From an uncultured Gammaproteobacteria bacterium (GTDB lineage: Bacteria; Patescibacteriota; Patescibacteriia; Magasanikbacterales; UBA922): DNA of 64,000 bases. How positions within the stretch are numbered: position 1 is the stretch's first letter; each line of letters begins with the position of its first letter. Below the pieces are notes generated by a model. The model was not told the DNA's origin. It did no database searches and saw nothing but the letters and a program-made list of their open reading frames with translations. Of the stretch, positions 42,322 to 50,832 are shown piece by piece. The stretch covers positions 102,546 to 166,545 of the forward strand of contig CAYMVY010000001.1 in assembly GCA_964394405.1 (NCBI GenBank). The letters run 5' to 3'. The translations under genes and the position numbers were made by a program.

Positions 42322-42646
42322 GTGATTCTGCTTCCTCTTCCTCATCTTCATCAACTTTTTCAAGTTCGATGAATTGTTTTGCCTGTTTGAGGTCAAGTTT
42401 CTTTACGAGTTCTTCGTATGACGCCATATTTTCTCGCTGCAAATACTTGAGCAATCTTCGGCGTTCTCCTACTTTGCGAAGCAACCCTCGACGACTCGAG
42501 TGATCTTTTGCATGAGTTTTAAGGTGTCCTGACAATTCTTCGATCTCTGCGGTAAGAATTGCGATCTGTACCTCAGTTGATCCAGTATCTCCCTCGTGAG
42601 TCTGATACTTTTTAATTAAACGCTGCTTTTTCAATTTTGATAGCAT
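42293..42646 (-). CDS. rpsO: 30S ribosomal protein S15 with acidic C-terminal extension
   Basis: [50 protein letters not shown] matches S15. An extra roughly 30-aa acidic tail overlaps the NYN gene start. Confidence 0.85.
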   Translation of the reverse strand: MLSKLKKQRLIKKYQTHEGDTGSTEVQIAILTAEIEELSGHLKTHAKDHSSRRGLLRKVGERRRLLKYLQRENMASYEELVKKLDLKQAKQFIELEKVDEDEEEEAESHEDTTEKTA

Positions 42647-42825
42647 ACATGCATTCATTATCGGGCGCGCAGCAGGCATGTCTTTTGCGGTCCGGTCTGG
42701 CCAGGCCAGATGAATTAATATAAACTCAGTCTACCACAAAAAGGTCAATCCGTCAAGGTAGAGTTATTGGTATAAAAAGCGAATGCCGACCGAACCCCTC
42801 GAGGGTAGCGGCCGGCACATATTCC

Positions 42826-43581
42826 TCAATTCCCTGCGGTTGCGACAGCGTAAAACGCCATAGAACCAGACAAGGGAGCGAGAAAATTGTCATCGAAAAG
42901 TTCAGCAAAAAGAGTAGTGCCCTTCTCACACAAACTCTCGAAGTATCCACTGACCAATGTTGCCGCAACAACCGCGCACGCAACAGACAGGTCCGAATAC
43001 GAGGACGGATACAACGGGAACCACCAGTCGAGCACGACCGTGATAAGCCCAGTAATCACCCCGGTGTAGAAGTAACCGATGGCACCGATCCACGTCTTGG
43101 TTCCACCCTTCCACACTGGCTTTTTGCCCCAGGCAATGCCCGAGAGCCGAGCAGCCGGGTCACCAAATGCGAATATCACCACCGCAGGAACCACTGCCCA
43201 CAGCGGAACACCGATCGCAAGCGGAATGATGATCCCCACAGTGAAATGAATCGCAGTAGCAGGCTTCCCGCGTTCACTCGACCTAATGACACCAGTCTGT
43301 ATGAGGAGCCATTTCTCGAGAAAGAGGAATGTCCGTGACAGCCACGGTACACGAAAATACGGCTGTCCCGTGTCCTTCCAGTTGCGTACGAAGAAGTGGT
43401 AGAGAGGAATGCGAATGCAGATGTCGAAGGCGGAGATACCCCCGCCAAAGATGAGTGCAGCAGCGACCTTTTCGTCATCACGAAACGGGAGAATCATCCC
43501 GAAGATGATGGCGATGACACCGATCGAAGCGTGAAAGACTGCTCGCCCCACCTGAGACGTAATCTTATGATGAGCTTCCAT
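42826..43581 (-). CDS. GC-rich CTP-transferase-1 family (CdsA/dolichol-kinase-like) integral membrane protein
   Basis: FAFGDPAARLSGIAWGKKPVWKGGTKTWIGAIGYF resembles the CdsA/polyprenol kinase signature. Region is about 55-60% GC. A hairpin plus T-run lies downstream at about 42770-42812. Confidence 0.55.
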   Translation of the reverse strand: MEAHHKITSQVGRAVFHASIGVIAIIFGMILPFRDDEKVAAALIFGGGISAFDICIRIPLYHFFVRNWKDTGQPYFRVPWLSRTFLFLEKWLLIQTGVIRSSERGKPATAIHFTVGIIIPLAIGVPLWAVVPAVVIFAFGDPAARLSGIAWGKKPVWKGGTKTWIGAIGYFYTGVITGLITVVLDWWFPLYPSSYSDLSVACAVVAATLVSGYFESLCEKGTTLFAELFDDNFLAPLSGSMAFYAVATAGN

Positions 43582-43688
43582 GATAGACCTCCAGAGCCAG
43601 AGAAGCCTTGCCTCTTGTATCATTTCCAAAACAAAAAAGCAAGGGAAACCTTGCTTTTTATAATCTTCAATTTTTGATCTTTCTTTAA

Positions 43689-44339
43689 TTACGCACCCAT
43701 CTGCTCCTGTACTTCTGCGACAAAATCAGTTTGTTTCTTTGCAATTCCCTCTCCTACTTCAAATCGCGCAAAACGTCTGAGACTGATTTTTTCTCCGATT
43801 TCTCCGGTTGCAGCAGTGAGCAATTGTTCAATCGTTTTGTCTTCATCTTTGATAAATGCCTGTTCGAGCAAGCATACCTCAGAATAATAGCGTCCCATTT
43901 TACCCACCAAAATCTTCTCAATCATTTCCGCTGGCTTTCCCTCAGCTACGAGCTGATCACGATACACAGCTGATTCACGATCCAGATCAGCCTGAGATAC
44001 TTCATCTCGAGACAAATATTTTGGGTTCATCGCAGCAATATGGAGCGCAATGTTTTGTCCAAGTTCAATGAATTTTTCATTACCTGCAACAAAATCAGTT
44101 TCAGAGTTGAGTTCAAGCATGACACCAATTTTGCCTGCGCCATGAATATAGGTAAAAATTTTTCCTTCAGCCGCAATTTTGTCTGCACGTTTGGCAGCTT
44201 TTGCAGCGCCTTTCTTGCGCAACCAGTCAACTGCAGCATCAAAATTTCCATTTGATTCTTCAAGAGCTTTTTTACAATCAAGAATTCCGGCACCTGTCTG
44301 CGCGCGGAGTTTTGCAATGTCAGAAGCGGTAATAGACAT
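43689..44339 (-). CDS. tsf: Elongation factor Ts
   Basis: ITASDIAKLRAQTGAGILDCKKALEESNGNFDAAVDWLRKKG, the UBA-like N-terminus of EF-Ts. Confidence 0.9.
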   Translation of the reverse strand: MSITASDIAKLRAQTGAGILDCKKALEESNGNFDAAVDWLRKKGAAKAAKRADKIAAEGKIFTYIHGAGKIGVMLELNSETDFVAGNEKFIELGQNIALHIAAMNPKYLSRDEVSQADLDRESAVYRDQLVAEGKPAEMIEKILVGKMGRYYSEVCLLEQAFIKDEDKTIEQLLTAATGEIGEKISLRRFARFEVGEGIAKKQTDFVAEVQEQMGA

Positions 44340-44372
44340 ATGATATAAAACGAAGAAGTTAGAATTAATTGT

Positions 44373-44414
44373 ATTCCTCCCCTTTTTAGGGGGAAGTCCC
44401 CTGCCATCAGGCAG
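44373..44414. repeat. Half copy of family B palindrome (TTCCTCCCCTTTTTAGGGGGAAG) plus second hairpin CCCCTGCCATCAGGCAGG between tsf and rpsB
   Basis: Read directly from the sequence. Confidence 0.6.
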
Positions 44415-44465
44415 GTACGGAGATTAGGAAAGTATACACTAAAATTGTACACTACCGAAGAAGAA

Positions 44466-45245
44466 TTACGCACTCGCAATAACTACAGGCTGTGCCTCAG
44501 CTTCTACTTTTTTAGGAGCAACTTTTGGCTGCGCAGCAATTTTTGCAGCATTTCGTTTTTCAAATTCAATATTTCCTTCTTTGACGGCCTGAGCAACGAG
44601 TCCCACCATGAGCTGAATTGATTTTACCGCGTCATCATTTGCAGGGATCACATAGGTTGCCTTCAGAGGATTGGCATTGGTATCGCACACTCCGATAATT
44701 TCGATACCCATTCTATTTGCCTCAGTCACTGCAGTTTTTTCTCGCTGCATCGATGGGATAAAGAGTGCATCAGGCATGCGAGTAAGAGACGCAAGACCAG
44801 CAAGATATCCATCTTTCTTTTCAAGATCTTTTGAAATTTCAAGCTGTTCCTTCTTGGTATAGTGTCCGAGCTCGCCTTTGGTTTGTTTTTCTTTCATTTC
44901 TACGTAGCGTCGGATGAGTTTTTTGATTTCAGAAAAGTTAGTAAGCATTCCACCAAGCCATCGTTCAGTAAGATAAGGCATACCACAATCAATTGCAGCA
45001 GCTTTCACGATTTCTCGCGCCTGAGGCTTGGTTGAGACAAACAAAATCTTTTTACCTTCAGCGACCATTGCAGTAATTGCAGGTAACACAGATTTCAACT
45101 GTTTCTCAGTCTCTTCGAGATTAATAATGTGCACTCGATTACGCTCGGTAAAGATATATGGCTTCATCTTTGGATGCCAGCGTGAATCTTTGTGTCCGAA
45201 GTGAACTCCGGACTGAAGCATTTCGAGAATGCTAGGGTATTTCAT
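44466..45245 (-). CDS. rpsB: 30S ribosomal protein S2
   Basis: MLQSGVHFGHKDSRWHPKMKPYIF..., the S2 signature. Confidence 0.95.
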   Translation of the reverse strand: MKYPSILEMLQSGVHFGHKDSRWHPKMKPYIFTERNRVHIINLEETEKQLKSVLPAITAMVAEGKKILFVSTKPQAREIVKAAAIDCGMPYLTERWLGGMLTNFSEIKKLIRRYVEMKEKQTKGELGHYTKKEQLEISKDLEKKDGYLAGLASLTRMPDALFIPSMQREKTAVTEANRMGIEIIGVCDTNANPLKATYVIPANDDAVKSIQLMVGLVAQAVKEGNIEFEKRNAAKIAAQPKVAPKKVEAEAQPVVIASA

Positions 45246-45345
45246 AAAACATTTTCCTTTAACCTCGCCAGAGACGTCCCACTCCGACGTAACGTCGGAG
45301 CAGAGGAAAATATGTCTCGGCTAAGGGATTAATAAAAGTGTGTAG

Positions 45346-45374
45346 AGTGTACGTGATTAGTTGTTTTTTGTCAA
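45346..45374 (-). promoter_or_regulatory. Sigma70-like promoter for rpsB-tsf (TTGACA-17-TACACT) followed by a leader hairpin CTCCGACGTTACGTCGGAG
   Basis: Minus-strand sequence ttgacaaaaaacaactaatcacgtacact. Leader hairpin at 45281-45299. Confidence 0.5.
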
Positions 45375-45398
45375 GACAAAAGGTGTACTAACCCACTC

Positions 45399-45427
45399 TT
45401 GACAACTACAGACCCTACTGCTATACT
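45399..45427 (+). promoter_or_regulatory. Sigma70-like promoter for rpmE-prfA-prmC (TTGACA-17-TATACT)
   Basis: ttgacaactacagaccctactgctatact, 31 nt upstream of the rpmE ATG. Confidence 0.55.
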
Positions 45428-45458
45428 CCGGCTTACTATTATTTGACTTGAAAAAGGT

Positions 45459-45797
45459 ATGAAACAAAAAACTCATCCAGACGTACATCCAGTGGTATTT
45501 ATCGATAATTCAGGAAATGCTGAATTTGTGACCACCTCAACCCTCAAATCGGAAAAAACCCGAGAGATTGATGGTATCAAACATTACGAAATCAATATTG
45601 AAATCTCATCAGCAAGCCACCCATTCTTCACCGGTAAGCAGGTATTTGTAGACACTGCCCGCCGTGTAGAAAAATTCAAAGAGAAGGCTGAAAAGCAGAA
45701 AAATGCTGCTGAAACTCGCAAAGGAAAGAAAGTAAAAACTGCTGCGCGAGCAACCGCTAAAAAAGCAAAAGAAGACGCAAAACCAAAAGCAGCCTAG
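45459..45797 (+). CDS. rpmE: 50S ribosomal protein L31 (type B, no zinc ribbon) with Lys-rich C-terminal tail
   Basis: MKQKTHPDVHPVVFID...SASHPFFTGKQVFVDTARRVEKFKEK. Confidence 0.85.
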   Translation: MKQKTHPDVHPVVFIDNSGNAEFVTTSTLKSEKTREIDGIKHYEINIEISSASHPFFTGKQVFVDTARRVEKFKEKAEKQKNAAETRKGKKVKTAARATAKKAKEDAKPKAA

Positions 45798-45925
45798 CTA
45801 CAGTAATCAAACAAACAGGTCATCTTAGGCCTGTTTTTGTTTACTAATTACCGCTATACTGAAGCTTAATGGAACACGGATTAAACAGAATCCCACAGAA
45901 TCGAAACTGAATTAAAATTCCTTTT

Positions 45926-45953
45926 GACTTTATAGACTTTCCGACTTTCGACG
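45926..45953. repeat. Family C repeat GACTTTATAGACTTTCCGACTTTCGACG
   Basis: Other copies at 47791-47827 and 48541-48572. Confidence 0.7.
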
Positions 45954-45961
45954 TATCTACT

Positions 45962-47026
45962 ATGATTCAAAAATATCAGGACCTCAAAACAAAATACCTC
46001 TCCCTCGAAACAGATCTGCAAAATCCTGTGATTCTTGGTGATCAACAAAAATTAAAATCAGTATCTCAGGAATATAATGAACTGAAATCCGTAGTTGAAT
46101 ATATTACTGAATTAGAAAAGATTGAATCGACTATCAGTGAATACGAAGCATTGATCAAGGCCGAAGAGGACAAAGATCTCACCTCTCTTGCAGAATCAGA
46201 ACTTCCCGGGCTTATTGCACAAAGAGAGTCTCTCGAAAAAACACTCGCAGAGCTCACCCGACCAAGCGATCCAATGGACAAAAAAAATGTAATTATTGAA
46301 ATCCGTGCAGGAGCTGGTGGAGACGAAGCAGCACTATTCGCAGGAGATTTACTCCGCATGTACATGCGCTATGCAGAAAATAAAAAATGGAAAACAGCTC
46401 TTATCAGTGAGCACCAAATTGGAATCGGTGGATACAAAGAAGTAGTATTTTCAATCGAAGGGAGCGGTGTGTACAAGGACATGAAATATGAAATGGGCGT
46501 ACACCGCGTACAGAGAATCCCAGAAACAGAAAAAAGTGGACGAATCCACACCTCGACTGCAAGTGTAGTGGTGCTTCCTGAAGTAGAAGAAACTGAAATC
46601 GAAATCAATCCAAAAGATCTTCGTATTGACACCTTCATGGCAGGAGGAAAAGGTGGACAGAGTGTCAACACCACCTACTCTGCCGTACGTATCGTACATA
46701 TCCCAAGTGGCATGGTAGTACAATGCCAGGATGAACGATCTCAAACACAAAACAAAATTAAAGCCATGAACGTGCTGCGCGCACGACTCTATGAAATGGA
46801 GCGAGAGAAAAAACAAGCAGCAATTGACGCCAAACGCAAAAACCAAATTGGTTCTGGCGACCGCAGTGAAAAAATCCGCACCTACAATGTTCCCCAGGAT
46901 CGGATTACTGACCACCGAATTCACCAAAGTTGGAACAACATTCCGGAAATCCTCAATGGAAAATTGGACCCAGTAATCGAGGCACTGAGAGTTGCTGATT
47001 ATGCGGAAAAAGATGGTGAAATCTAA
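45962..47026 (+). CDS. prfA: Peptide chain release factor 1
   Basis: GGQ motif ([35 protein letters not shown]). Confidence 0.95.
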   Translation: MIQKYQDLKTKYLSLETDLQNPVILGDQQKLKSVSQEYNELKSVVEYITELEKIESTISEYEALIKAEEDKDLTSLAESELPGLIAQRESLEKTLAELTRPSDPMDKKNVIIEIRAGAGGDEAALFAGDLLRMYMRYAENKKWKTALISEHQIGIGGYKEVVFSIEGSGVYKDMKYEMGVHRVQRIPETEKSGRIHTSTASVVVLPEVEETEIEINPKDLRIDTFMAGGKGGQSVNTTYSAVRIVHIPSGMVVQCQDERSQTQNKIKAMNVLRARLYEMEREKKQAAIDAKRKNQIGSGDRSEKIRTYNVPQDRITDHRIHQSWNNIPEILNGKLDPVIEALRVADYAEKDGEI

Positions 47027-47033
47027 AAAATCT

Positions 47034-47960
47034 ATGCCCCTGCAGTCAATACAACAGTTGCAAAAATGGGGGAAGAATTATATCGACCGAGCCGAGGTCG
47101 ATATTCTTATTGCGCATGTACTTAAAAAAACAAAAGAATTTATTATTGCGCATCCGGAATATAAAATTTCGAAATTCAAAGAGTGGAAAATTAAAAGATT
47201 AATTACAAAGCGAGCGAAAGGAATTCCAATCGCTTACCTAACAGGTTACAAAGAATTCTTTGGACTCGATTTTTTGGTAAACAAACATACCCTGATCCCA
47301 CGACCAGAGACTGAACTAATAGTTGAAGCTGTTCTTAGTGCGTTCCCTCCCCTCTTAGGGGAGGGACAGGGTGGGGTTGAGGGTCAAAGAAAAATAATCC
47401 TGATTGACATCGGCACCGGTTCCGGCTGCATACCTATCTCGATTCTCAAATCTTCCAATCTTCAATCTTCAATCTTGACCTACGCTACAGACATCTCCAA
47501 ACCAGCTCTTAAAATCGCTCGCAAAAACGCACAAATACACAACGTCGACATCACTTTTCTTCACGGCAATCTTCTCGAACCCTTCTTAAAAAACTATGAA
47601 CTATTGCCTGCCCGCCGTAGCTTAAGCGAAGGAGGGGCTACTGGGTACGAACTAGTCATTACTGCCAATCTCCCCTATCTTACCCAAGAACAATTTGATA
47701 CCGAGTCTACAATCCAGCACGAACCAATCGGAGCTCTCGTTACTGACGATGATGGATTACAACTATATAAAGAATTACTTGGTCAAATTAAAAAATTACT
47801 TTCGACTTTCGACTTTATAGACTTTACGACTTTTTTTGAAATCGACCCTTCTCAAACTGAAAAGCTTTCAAATTATATCCAAACAATTTTTCCAAACTCA
47901 AAAATAGAAATCATCAAAGATGGAATGAAAAATGATCGAGTAGCAAAGATCTCACGATAA
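47034..47960 (+). CDS. prmC: Release factor glutamine N5-methyltransferase PrmC/HemK, carrying two in-frame repeat insertions
   Basis: IDIGTGSGCI SAM motif and NLPY (NPPY-type) catalytic motif. The ORF in the track starts at TTG 46992, overlapping prfA. ATG 47034 (MPLQSIQQ...) aligns with the canonical PrmC N-terminus. Confidence 0.85.
   Translation: MPLQSIQQLQKWGKNYIDRAEVDILIAHVLKKTKEFIIAHPEYKISKFKEWKIKRLITKRAKGIPIAYLTGYKEFFGLDFLVNKHTLIPRPETELIVEAVLSAFPPLLGEGQGGVEGQRKIILIDIGTGSGCIPISILKSSNLQSSILTYATDISKPALKIARKNAQIHNVDITFLHGNLLEPFLKNYELLPARRSLSEGGATGYELVITANLPYLTQEQFDTESTIQHEPIGALVTDDDGLQLYKELLGQIKKLLSTFDFIDFTTFFEIDPSQTEKLSNYIQTIFPNSKIEIIKDGMKNDRVAKISR
47344..47386. repeat. Family B palindromic repeat (TTCCCTCCCCTCTTAGGGGAGGGACAGGGTGGGGTTGAGGGTC) inserted in-frame in prmC (encodes ...FPPLLGEGQGGVEGQ...)
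   Basis: Near-identical to 27767-27800. Confidence 0.75.
47791..47827. repeat. Family C repeat (TTCGACTTTCGACTTTATAGACTTTACGACTTTTTT) inserted in-frame in prmC (encodes ...STFDFIDFTTFFE...)
   Basis: Read directly from the sequence. Confidence 0.7.
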
Positions 47961-48048
47961 TTGACAAAGACTTACTGATGATTTACAGTGTTATACCACT
48001 CTGAAAGACTCGAATCAGAATGGACAAACCCACCCACATGAGGTAACA

Positions 48049-48423
48049 ATGACAGATCGAAGAGCAATAATCAACATCAAGCCCGAGGGCGACCATGCGG
48101 TCAAGTTCGAGACCAGCACGACCGTGAGTCAGCTACCGATCCAGATCTTCCGATTCCCGCTCACCAAGCAGGAACAGGCTCGACTGTTCAGACTCCGCAA
48201 GACCGACCCGATCGGCGCCGCGCTCATCTCCGACCTCTCCAAGGTCGAGGGCATCGCAACAGCTGAAGTGCCAATGGTACACGAGGTACACATCACCCTC
48301 AACAAGACGCACTTCTGGGAAGACCTCGCTGTCCAAAACGCGATCATCCCGCTACTGAAGCTAGCTGTCGGGAGGTCTCTCGAGACCGACGCCGAACACG
48401 TGACGATCGCAACCTTGGGATAA
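48049..48423 (+). CDS. GC-rich hypothetical protein (124 aa)
   Basis: About 58% GC; SD GAGGT 5 nt upstream of the ATG. No recognisable domain. Confidence 0.55.
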   Translation: MTDRRAIINIKPEGDHAVKFETSTTVSQLPIQIFRFPLTKQEQARLFRLRKTDPIGAALISDLSKVEGIATAEVPMVHEVHITLNKTHFWEDLAVQNAIIPLLKLAVGRSLETDAEHVTIATLG

Positions 48424-48456
48424 TGTGGTGGGGTATTCCCTACCACGATCCCAACA

Positions 48457-48531
48457 AAGCCGCGGTTTCGAGTCAACCGCGGCTTCCATTTAAAAACAAA
48501 ATACCCTCGATAAATCAAGGGTATTTTTTAT
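48457..48531 (+). terminator. Tandem hairpins (aagccgcggtt-N-aaccgcggctt; ataccctcgataaatcaagggtat + T-run) terminating the GC-rich ORF
   Basis: Read directly from the sequence. Confidence 0.65.
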
Positions 48532-48540
48532 TTCTTTTTA

Positions 48541-48572
48541 CTTTCGACTTTATAGACTTTGCGACTTTTTAC
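48541..48572. repeat. Family C repeat CTTTCGACTTTATAGACTTTGCGACTTTTTAC
   Basis: Read directly from the sequence. Confidence 0.7.
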
Positions 48573-49642
48573 TTATATTCGACATCCCCCAACTGATTCA
48601 CCACTTCTATCCAAATTTTACCTGCAGTAAACGGAATTTCAACTCCATTTGAATCATAAAATCTCGTCTTACTATCCCCACTTGTTTTCTTCCACACTCC
48701 TTCAACGACATTTCCCTTAGTAAACACTCGTGCTTCACCACTTCCAATCGTATCCATTTCAATTCTGAGCTCAGCATCTAAAACTTTCGTCTCTACATAT
48801 TGCACAACAATCGTATCAGCACCTATCTGCGTGCCATCCTGATCAACATGCGGTTTTTTTAATTGATATCGAAGATATTTTTCAGTCGAGCTCGAGTATC
48901 TCCATTCCGCCTGATAGATGGGCGGCAAAAATGACACCACAATAAGTTCGGCACAATCGATAGTACACGATGTCACGTCGCCAAATACCCAGCTCTCATC
49001 TGACATAGTGTAAGTATCTTTTCCAAAATCTTCCCAGCCTTTGGTCCAATTCTCACTCGAAGTATAGGAATTATGTGGCGCGTATCGATCAGTACTCCGC
49101 CAAAAATAATTTCCACGCCAAAATTCATTAAAATCAAAATAATTTCCATTTTTTAATATATCGAGCGCATCAGCAGAACCCCCGACATGCATATACATAG
49201 GTATACCAAATTCACGAACCCAATCAAGAAAATATGGGCGAGCGCTCCGCACTGGACCTGCTTTTGGCACATCCGCATCAATAGGAAATACTGCCATAAA
49301 CCGAGAATAATTCGCTTCAACCGGTGCTTCATACACGATAGACGCTTTAGACAGTCCAGATTGTGGGCGAGCATCCAGATGATTCTCAATCATAACAGCA
49401 ACTAGCCGTGGTTTCTTTTCCTCAGCACTCACACACACTCCGTCGAGAATCCGTGGCACACAGGGTGTCGAGACTTCATCTGAAACAAATACAGTGTCAT
49501 CAAAAAAATGTGAAGTCCAGTAATTTGCACGTGCAAAAAACCACACAAGCAGAATAATTCCTGAGACAATCAGAGCTGCAGATGCGATATGTAGAATCGT
49601 AATTTCTTTTTTCCGAATAAAAAATTGGATATTTTTTTTCAT
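48569..49642 (-). CDS. DUF3048 (YerB-like) domain protein with N-terminal TM anchor
   Basis: PRLVAVMIENHLDARPQSGLSKASIVYEAPVEANYSRFMAVF matches the DUF3048 core. Start is at the internal ATG (MKKNIQFF...). Confidence 0.75.
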   Translation of the reverse strand: MKKNIQFFIRKKEITILHIASAALIVSGIILLVWFFARANYWTSHFFDDTVFVSDEVSTPCVPRILDGVCVSAEEKKPRLVAVMIENHLDARPQSGLSKASIVYEAPVEANYSRFMAVFPIDADVPKAGPVRSARPYFLDWVREFGIPMYMHVGGSADALDILKNGNYFDFNEFWRGNYFWRSTDRYAPHNSYTSSENWTKGWEDFGKDTYTMSDESWVFGDVTSCTIDCAELIVVSFLPPIYQAEWRYSSSTEKYLRYQLKKPHVDQDGTQIGADTIVVQYVETKVLDAELRIEMDTIGSGEARVFTKGNVVEGVWKKTSGDSKTRFYDSNGVEIPFTAGKIWIEVVNQLGDVEYK

Positions 49643-49674
49643 AGACACCCAGTATAACACAAAGATATTAAGGA

Positions 49675-49705
49675 CAAAAAAACCCTGCACTCATGTTGTG
49701 CAGGG
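49675..49705 (-). terminator. Rho-independent terminator after rplY
   Basis: Minus-strand sequence ccctgcacaacatgagtgcaggg followed by a T-run. Confidence 0.75.
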
Positions 49706-49716
49706 TTGTCTCTCGA

Positions 49717-50400
49717 TTACTTTTTCTCTCCAGCAGAATCCGATCCAGGAGCCTCATCTTCCTCTTTCTTCCCTTTCTTTTCAACTTCAATTTCATCAAG
49801 GGTAGGCGCAGCGACAGGAACTTCTTCCATAGCTTTGAGCTGATCTTCAGATAATGGAGGAGTAACTTTCGCAATCAATTGCTCTTTATTATCAATCGCA
49901 ACCATTCCTGAAGGAAGTTTCAAATCACCTACATGGATTGCATCTTCAAAAGTTTTCAAACTAGACAAATCTATCTCAATTTCACCAACCAAATCTTTTG
50001 GAAGACATTTAACTTCAATTGAAGAAAGTTGTTTCATGAGCGTACCTCCCAATTCTTTTACTGCAGGAGCTTCTCCCACAAATACCAGATGGATATCAGC
50101 ATGCATTTCTTCATTCATATTAATCTGTCGAAGATCAAAATGAATCATTGACCCCTTGACTGGATCATACTGAATATCCTGAATCAGAGCTTTTACTGAC
50201 TCTTTGGTTCCATCGATAGTTACATCAACGAGACTCGAATCACCCGCCTGTTCATAGAGTTTACTAAATTCAACTGCAGGAACAACAATAGGCTTAGGCG
50301 TACTGTCAGCTCCATACATAACACCAGGGATCTGTCCGCTCTTTCGGAGTTCCTCGAGTTTTTGTGCAGTTCTTGATTTTACAATAAGTGAATACGGCAT
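49717..50400 (-). CDS. rplY: 50S ribosomal protein L25 / general stress protein Ctc
   Basis: The two-domain L25/Ctc form: N-terminal L25 domain plus Ctc-type C-terminal domain, followed by an acidic tail. Confidence 0.85.
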   Translation of the reverse strand: MPYSLIVKSRTAQKLEELRKSGQIPGVMYGADSTPKPIVVPAVEFSKLYEQAGDSSLVDVTIDGTKESVKALIQDIQYDPVKGSMIHFDLRQINMNEEMHADIHLVFVGEAPAVKELGGTLMKQLSSIEVKCLPKDLVGEIEIDLSSLKTFEDAIHVGDLKLPSGMVAIDNKEQLIAKVTPPLSEDQLKAMEEVPVAAPTLDEIEVEKKGKKEEDEAPGSDSAGEKK

Positions 50401-50436
50401 ATTTTGATAACGTCCAATTTTAGAAAAACGATTTAA

Positions 50437-50799
50437 TTATTTTTGTAAGGTAGTGGTAAGTAATTGATGAAGTGCCGAAGGGCTGGTAATTGCCTGATAA
50501 CACTCTATCATCTGATCATCAGTAATCGCTTCCTTACGACGAAAACGCAATGCATCATCGTAGGTAAGATCTGATATCATCCCAATGAGACCAATCCCTA
50601 CCTGCGTAGTCCCTACAAGGAAAATAAGGGAGTTGCTACACGCAGGGCAACGGGCATGAAGAACATGGGATCCTTCGCGACTTTCAACGGTGCGAATATG
50701 CTCTGCAACAAGTTCATGAGTACACAGCGGACATTCTCGCATTACCTTAAAATGGGAACGCAGCGACTCAAGTGAAAATTGTGGTTGACTGTGACCCAT
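50437..50799 (-). CDS. Hypothetical zinc-ribbon protein (CxxC...CxxC)
   Basis: ECPLCTHEL ... ARCPACSNSL. Confidence 0.5.
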   Translation of the reverse strand: MGHSQPQFSLESLRSHFKVMRECPLCTHELVAEHIRTVESREGSHVLHARCPACSNSLIFLVGTTQVGIGLIGMISDLTYDDALRFRRKEAITDDQMIECYQAITSPSALHQLLTTTLQK

Positions 50800-50832
50800 A
50801 CAAAGCTGAAATACTATAGCAAAACAAATGAA

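Noticed and set aside
46992-47033. TTG-initiated N-terminal extension of prmC overlapping prfA (and similar TTG/GTG-extended ORF starts for nusG, ftsW, NYN, HD protein)
   Set aside because: The extensions overlap upstream genes or lack SD. Internal ATG codons align with canonical N-termini of the respective families.
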